Source: Bacillota bacterium (GTDB lineage: Bacteria; Bacillota; Clostridia; Acetivibrionales; DTU013). From it: 64,000 nucleotides of DNA. This document shows positions 60,735 to 64,000 of this stretch, in pieces. The notes under the pieces are model-generated. The model saw only the letters and a list, made by a program, of their open reading frames with translations, was not told the origin of the DNA and made no database searches. Numbering within the stretch: position 1 is the first letter of the stretch; every line of letters starts with the position of its first letter. Made by a program: the position numbers and the translations under genes. Where the stretch lies: assembly GCA_023412915.1 (NCBI GenBank), contig JAEZRE010000014.1:156164-220163 (forward strand). Reading direction: 5' to 3'.

Positions 60735-62018
60735 TCAATTGCCGGTCTCACCGTTGTCCGCTTCATTATCTCCGGTTTTGACGGTATCGTTCCCATTCCC
60801 GCCTGACTTATCCTTTTTCGTACCATAGCGCTTGATACTCAGGTCGACGCCTTTTGAACGCGCGAACCCGATCATATCGTTCAGCATGGCTTCATTTGCG
60901 TCGGACAGTTTGTTTTGCGGAATAACGAGCAATACTTCCCTGCTTTTAATAGATTCATTCTTTATAACTATCCCTTCGTTGCCCCAGGGTTTTTCCTGCC
61001 CCTTGTATTTGGCGAGCTCGTTTATATAGCCCTTTAACGTCTTCTCGGCATTATCGCCGGTTTGATAGCCCGCTGCCGTAAGATCCATGCTTTTAATCAT
61101 TACCGCCTTCCCATTTTTAAATGCCGAGATGACCGGAAAGCTGTCCGGCAGGTTCGCACCAAACAGCCTTCTTATTTTGAGCCCGCGCTGAAAATTGCTC
61201 AGAGACCAAATATCCTCCGTATCATCCCTGGACGAGCCATCCAGGACTCCGCTGCTGTCATCTCCGCCAAGCCATGCCTTTGCCCGCGATCGCTGCACTA
61301 TTTCAAGATCGGGCATGAAGCTTAGGGGCAGGATCAGATTGACTCTGTACTTTACTACTATATCTATATATTCCTCACTGTCCGCTAAAAACGAAGAGCC
61401 GCTGAAATCAAGTCCCCCAAAGCCATTTTCGATATTGAGTACTTTGAGTCTCTGATCGACATTCTCCATACTGCCGGTCACCAGATACTTTTTCATATAA
61501 AGCTTCACAACAGGCGTAAAAAGCTGTGTCTTGGCGTCATTGACATAACCGGCGGCTATATAACAGGCAATGGCCTTTAGCTCGTCCAAAGGATCGGCTG
61601 CCGCAGCATCGGCCTGCTCGAGCAGCTTCTTGAAATTATCTCCGGCTTTGTCAAGCGCGTCGATACCGTCCGTCAAGCTTCCCGAGTCCTGCCCTGCGCC
61701 TGCTCCAACCGAGCTCAAAGAATCATAGCTTTCAAAGACGCTGTTTATCTGGTTTTTGAACAGCTCCGACCTGTTATTGATATTATCGCGTACCGTATCA
61801 TGAATATCTCTGATCCCGCTGATGTGGTAAACATAACCTGCGGACGCTATTTCGGATGCGGTCTCATCAAGCGCATGCTGGATCAGTTCGTAAGTGCATA
61901 CCGTTTTTACAAGGAAAAGGATCGTGAAAAAGGCACATAAAAGGACAGGCATCACCAAAGCCGCTTCTACGGTCAAAGCGCCTTTCCTTTCCTTTAGCTT
62001 CGATTTCTCCGCGGCCAT
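60735..62018 (-). CDS. TadE/TadG-like (Flp-pilus pseudopilin-like) protein with ~350-aa C-terminal extension
   Basis: N-terminus ERKGALTVEAALVMPVLLCAFFTILFLV is the TadE-like signature. The remainder is of unknown function, ending in a G/N/D-rich tail. RBS AGGAGG overlaps the end of the upstream gene. Confidence 0.65.
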   Translation of the reverse strand: MAAEKSKLKERKGALTVEAALVMPVLLCAFFTILFLVKTVCTYELIQHALDETASEIASAGYVYHISGIRDIHDTVRDNINNRSELFKNQINSVFESYDSLSSVGAGAGQDSGSLTDGIDALDKAGDNFKKLLEQADAAAADPLDELKAIACYIAAGYVNDAKTQLFTPVVKLYMKKYLVTGSMENVDQRLKVLNIENGFGGLDFSGSSFLADSEEYIDIVVKYRVNLILPLSFMPDLEIVQRSRAKAWLGGDDSSGVLDGSSRDDTEDIWSLSNFQRGLKIRRLFGANLPDSFPVISAFKNGKAVMIKSMDLTAAGYQTGDNAEKTLKGYINELAKYKGQEKPWGNEGIVIKNESIKSREVLLVIPQNKLSDANEAMLNDMIGFARSKGVDLSIKRYGTKKDKSGGNGNDTVKTGDNEADNGETGN

Positions 62019-62029
62019 CGTAATTCCTC

Positions 62030-64000
62030 CTAATACCCTTCGTATACAAGCACCTTGAAGAGATATCTTCCGTCGGCAGTCTTCAGCGTTTTACTGATAA
62101 ATGGGCGCGTAATGAACAGGTACTTCATCGATACTTCGGCCTCCACGCGCACGTACGTCGAACTGTCCGCCATCCTGAAACCGCCGCTGCTTTTTTCGAG
62201 GTTAAGCTGTATCAGGTCTTCGATCCTGTCTAGCTTTTTATCCTCGTCCACTGTGAGCAGGAATAGTCTTAAATAATCATGATAATTGAAATACAGCCGT
62301 TTATCGGTATTGGGCACGGTTTGTGCAGGAATGCCAATGTCAAGCTTCCAGTCGCCTTTCATTTTGTAGATCGGGACCGATTCGCCCTGCATCAGGTCAG
62401 TAAGATCTATTATTGCCTCGCCCATGCCCCAGCCGCACATTATAAGGTTCGACAGTATGGGTATGCCGGCCCCTCCGGTCCACCAACCTGCGACTGCCGT
62501 GGCAACGCCGGTTGCCATCGATTTCTTTTTGGGGTCGGTATATACATGGAGCGTATCGAGCCCGAACCTGACAAGCAGCACCTCACCTTTCGTCAATATG
62601 CCGTTGAGCTTTTGCGAGGGCTGCCCATGCAGTACATACTCGACTTCACCGTCATAAAAGGTGTCGGTTTTACTTTTCTCTGTTCCGTGAAGATTCGTAT
62701 CCTTTTCAGTCCTACTCCCGCTCCTCAATTCTGGAACGGCGTTTTTGAAGCTGCCCATTATGTATTCATTTATATAGATATTATCCCTTAAGGCTTTAAG
62801 GTCGTCGCCCATCCTTCTTCCGATGTCCGAGACAAAACCGAGCACATTTTCCTGGAACATTCCGTCCTCGTCATAAAGATCCGCTTCATCACCGACATTC
62901 TCCAGGCTCCCGCCGTATTCCACCGAGCCCTCTGAGGCCTCCGGAGCTGTGCTGTCTTTCTCACTTAGTCCAAGCAACTCCTCATCTTCCTTATCGAAAT
63001 TCGGAGTCGGTTTTTTGGTAACCGATGGAAGGTCGTTTCTTAGTATCCCGGCTGTTTCATAATTGACATCCTGCAGGAGCTTCTCGGAAATGAATTTCTT
63101 TACGGCATCCGCCTTACCTTCTCTTGGATCTTCCTTATTTCCTTCTTTAACCGGCCTTGAATAATCATATGCAACCCTGCAATAACCTTTTATCGTATCG
63201 AGCAAGCCGGAGGGCAGGCTTACATTGCCTATATATCCCGCCCCTTGTCTGGCGGAATCAAGCTGTGATGCCACATCCTTCAGGAGCGAACTGTTGGATC
63301 TCACGTTTTCAAGTATTTCCGCCGCCTTCTGTCCGTCCAGTATCAATTGCTTGAGCCCATCCAGCTCACTCTGCGTCTGATCCCTGAAATCGGCGGAAAA
63401 AGCCCCGGCTTCACCGGTAAAGTTTTCGCTGAGATATCCTTCGAGGCCCTTTATGGCTTCCTGCGCTTTCCTGCCCTTCTCCGCTATTGCTTCCACCTCT
63501 TTGACCGCGTCCTCGTTTTTCCCTATAAAGTCCTGTGTCAGTGAATAGCGCAATTCATCAAACACGCTGCTCATGTCGTCCTCAGTATCGTCAATGGTGT
63601 CTTCGAGCGACGAACGTTCGTCCATCAGACTGCTCAGCGCGCTTTCCAGCGAATCGAGTTCGCTGCCGGAATCCGTTCCGGAGCTGCCGTCCGGGGAGCC
63701 TGCATCTCCGGTACCGCTTCCCGTTGCATTCCCTCCGCTTCCTCCCGTCTCCGACCCTGAATTGCCGCTTTCCGAGGCGGTGCTTTCCAGTTGTGATATC
63801 TGAGACTCAAGCTCACTGATACTGCTATCTACCGAACTCAGGCTTTCCTTTGCCGATGCCAGGGCTTCCTTAAGCGAATTGAAGCTTTTGAAGGCCGACT
63901 CCCAGCTGCCGTTCATATTGAAGCCGTTTATGAACTTCTCCGCACTGCTTCCCAAGCCGTCGACCAGCTTCTTCAGCTTCTGCTGCGACTTATCCATCCT
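62030..64000 (-). CDS. large Tad-locus accessory protein (DUF5702-like C-terminus); probably 5'-truncated by the window edge
   Basis: C-terminal NYHDYLRLFLLTVDEDKKLDRIEDLIQLNLEKSSGGFRMAD resembles, from memory, the family found beside TadE-like genes in Clostridia. The N-terminal part is coiled-coil and S/G/D/E-rich. ATG at 63997, but the frame stays open to 64000. Confidence 0.55.
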   Translation of the reverse strand, partial: RMDKSQQKLKKLVDGLGSSAEKFINGFNMNGSWESAFKSFNSLKEALASAKESLSSVDSSISELESQISQLESTASESGNSGSETGGSGGNATGSGTGDAGSPDGSSGTDSGSELDSLESALSSLMDERSSLEDTIDDTEDDMSSVFDELRYSLTQDFIGKNEDAVKEVEAIAEKGRKAQEAIKGLEGYLSENFTGEAGAFSADFRDQTQSELDGLKQLILDGQKAAEILENVRSNSSLLKDVASQLDSARQGAGYIGNVSLPSGLLDTIKGYCRVAYDYSRPVKEGNKEDPREGKADAVKKFISEKLLQDVNYETAGILRNDLPSVTKKPTPNFDKEDEELLGLSEKDSTAPEASEGSVEYGGSLENVGDEADLYDEDGMFQENVLGFVSDIGRRMGDDLKALRDNIYINEYIMGSFKNAVPELRSGSRTEKDTNLHGTEKSKTDTFYDGEVEYVLHGQPSQKLNGILTKGEVLLVRFGLDTLHVYTDPKKKSMATGVATAVAGWWTGGAGIPILSNLIMCGWGMGEAIIDLTDLMQGESVPIYKMKGDWKLDIGIPAQTVPNTDKRLYFNYHDYLRLFLLTVDEDKKLDRIEDLIQLNLEKSSGGFRMADSSTYVRVEAEVSMKYLFITRPFISKTLKTADGRYLFKVLVYEGY

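Overview
This is a chromosomal window, roughly half GC by eye, from an endospore-forming Firmicute. It is most likely a member of the Clostridia, based on the prkA-yhbH-spoVR operon, a perfect CIRCE element, AGGAGG-type RBSs, lipobox lipoproteins and Tad/Flp-pilus accessory genes. I call 52 protein-coding genes (two cut by the window edges) and 2 tRNAs (Thr-CGT, Val-CAC). I also call promoters, intrinsic terminators and repeats read directly from the sequence. Content is mostly housekeeping and metabolic: rpmB, a GAF-GGDEF cyclase, an FtsA-like ATPase, glgA-nth, single-chain purL, htpG, a stand-alone PilZ protein and rsgA. It also holds an SAH/MTA recycling cluster (HTH-methyltransferase, ahcY, mtaD) and a ~10-kb nucleoside catabolism/uptake block (deoC, deoD, deoB fused to cdd, pdp, BMP-family ABC importer). 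The rest is an HD/AlkD-like/CAT accessory triad, punA, AraC plus two Gfo/Idh/MocA oxidoreductases, and a TrpB2-type enzyme. I recognised no CRISPR array, cas gene, transposase, integrase, phage gene or known defence system. The most unusual observations are: (1) an uncharacterised four-gene envelope module led by a 12-TM regulator with two HTH domains, next to tRNA-Thr; (2) a promoter, ~330-nt leader and intrinsic terminator in front of a small Mor/CD3324-like regulator, which could be an unclassified cis-regulatory RNA or sRNA; (3) five exactly 22-bp-phased GCCGGAC-core repeats inside the nucleoside operon, part of a dispersed CTTTGCCGG-type motif family; (4) a 32-bp near-perfect hairpin next to the deoC promoter; (5) a DeoB-Cdd fusion; (6) CIRCE in front of htpG; (7) in-frame minisatellites inside purL, yhbH and a membrane protein; (8) two oversized Tad-pilus accessory proteins at the right edge. 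All functional calls rest on motif and family recognition by eye. No database search was run.
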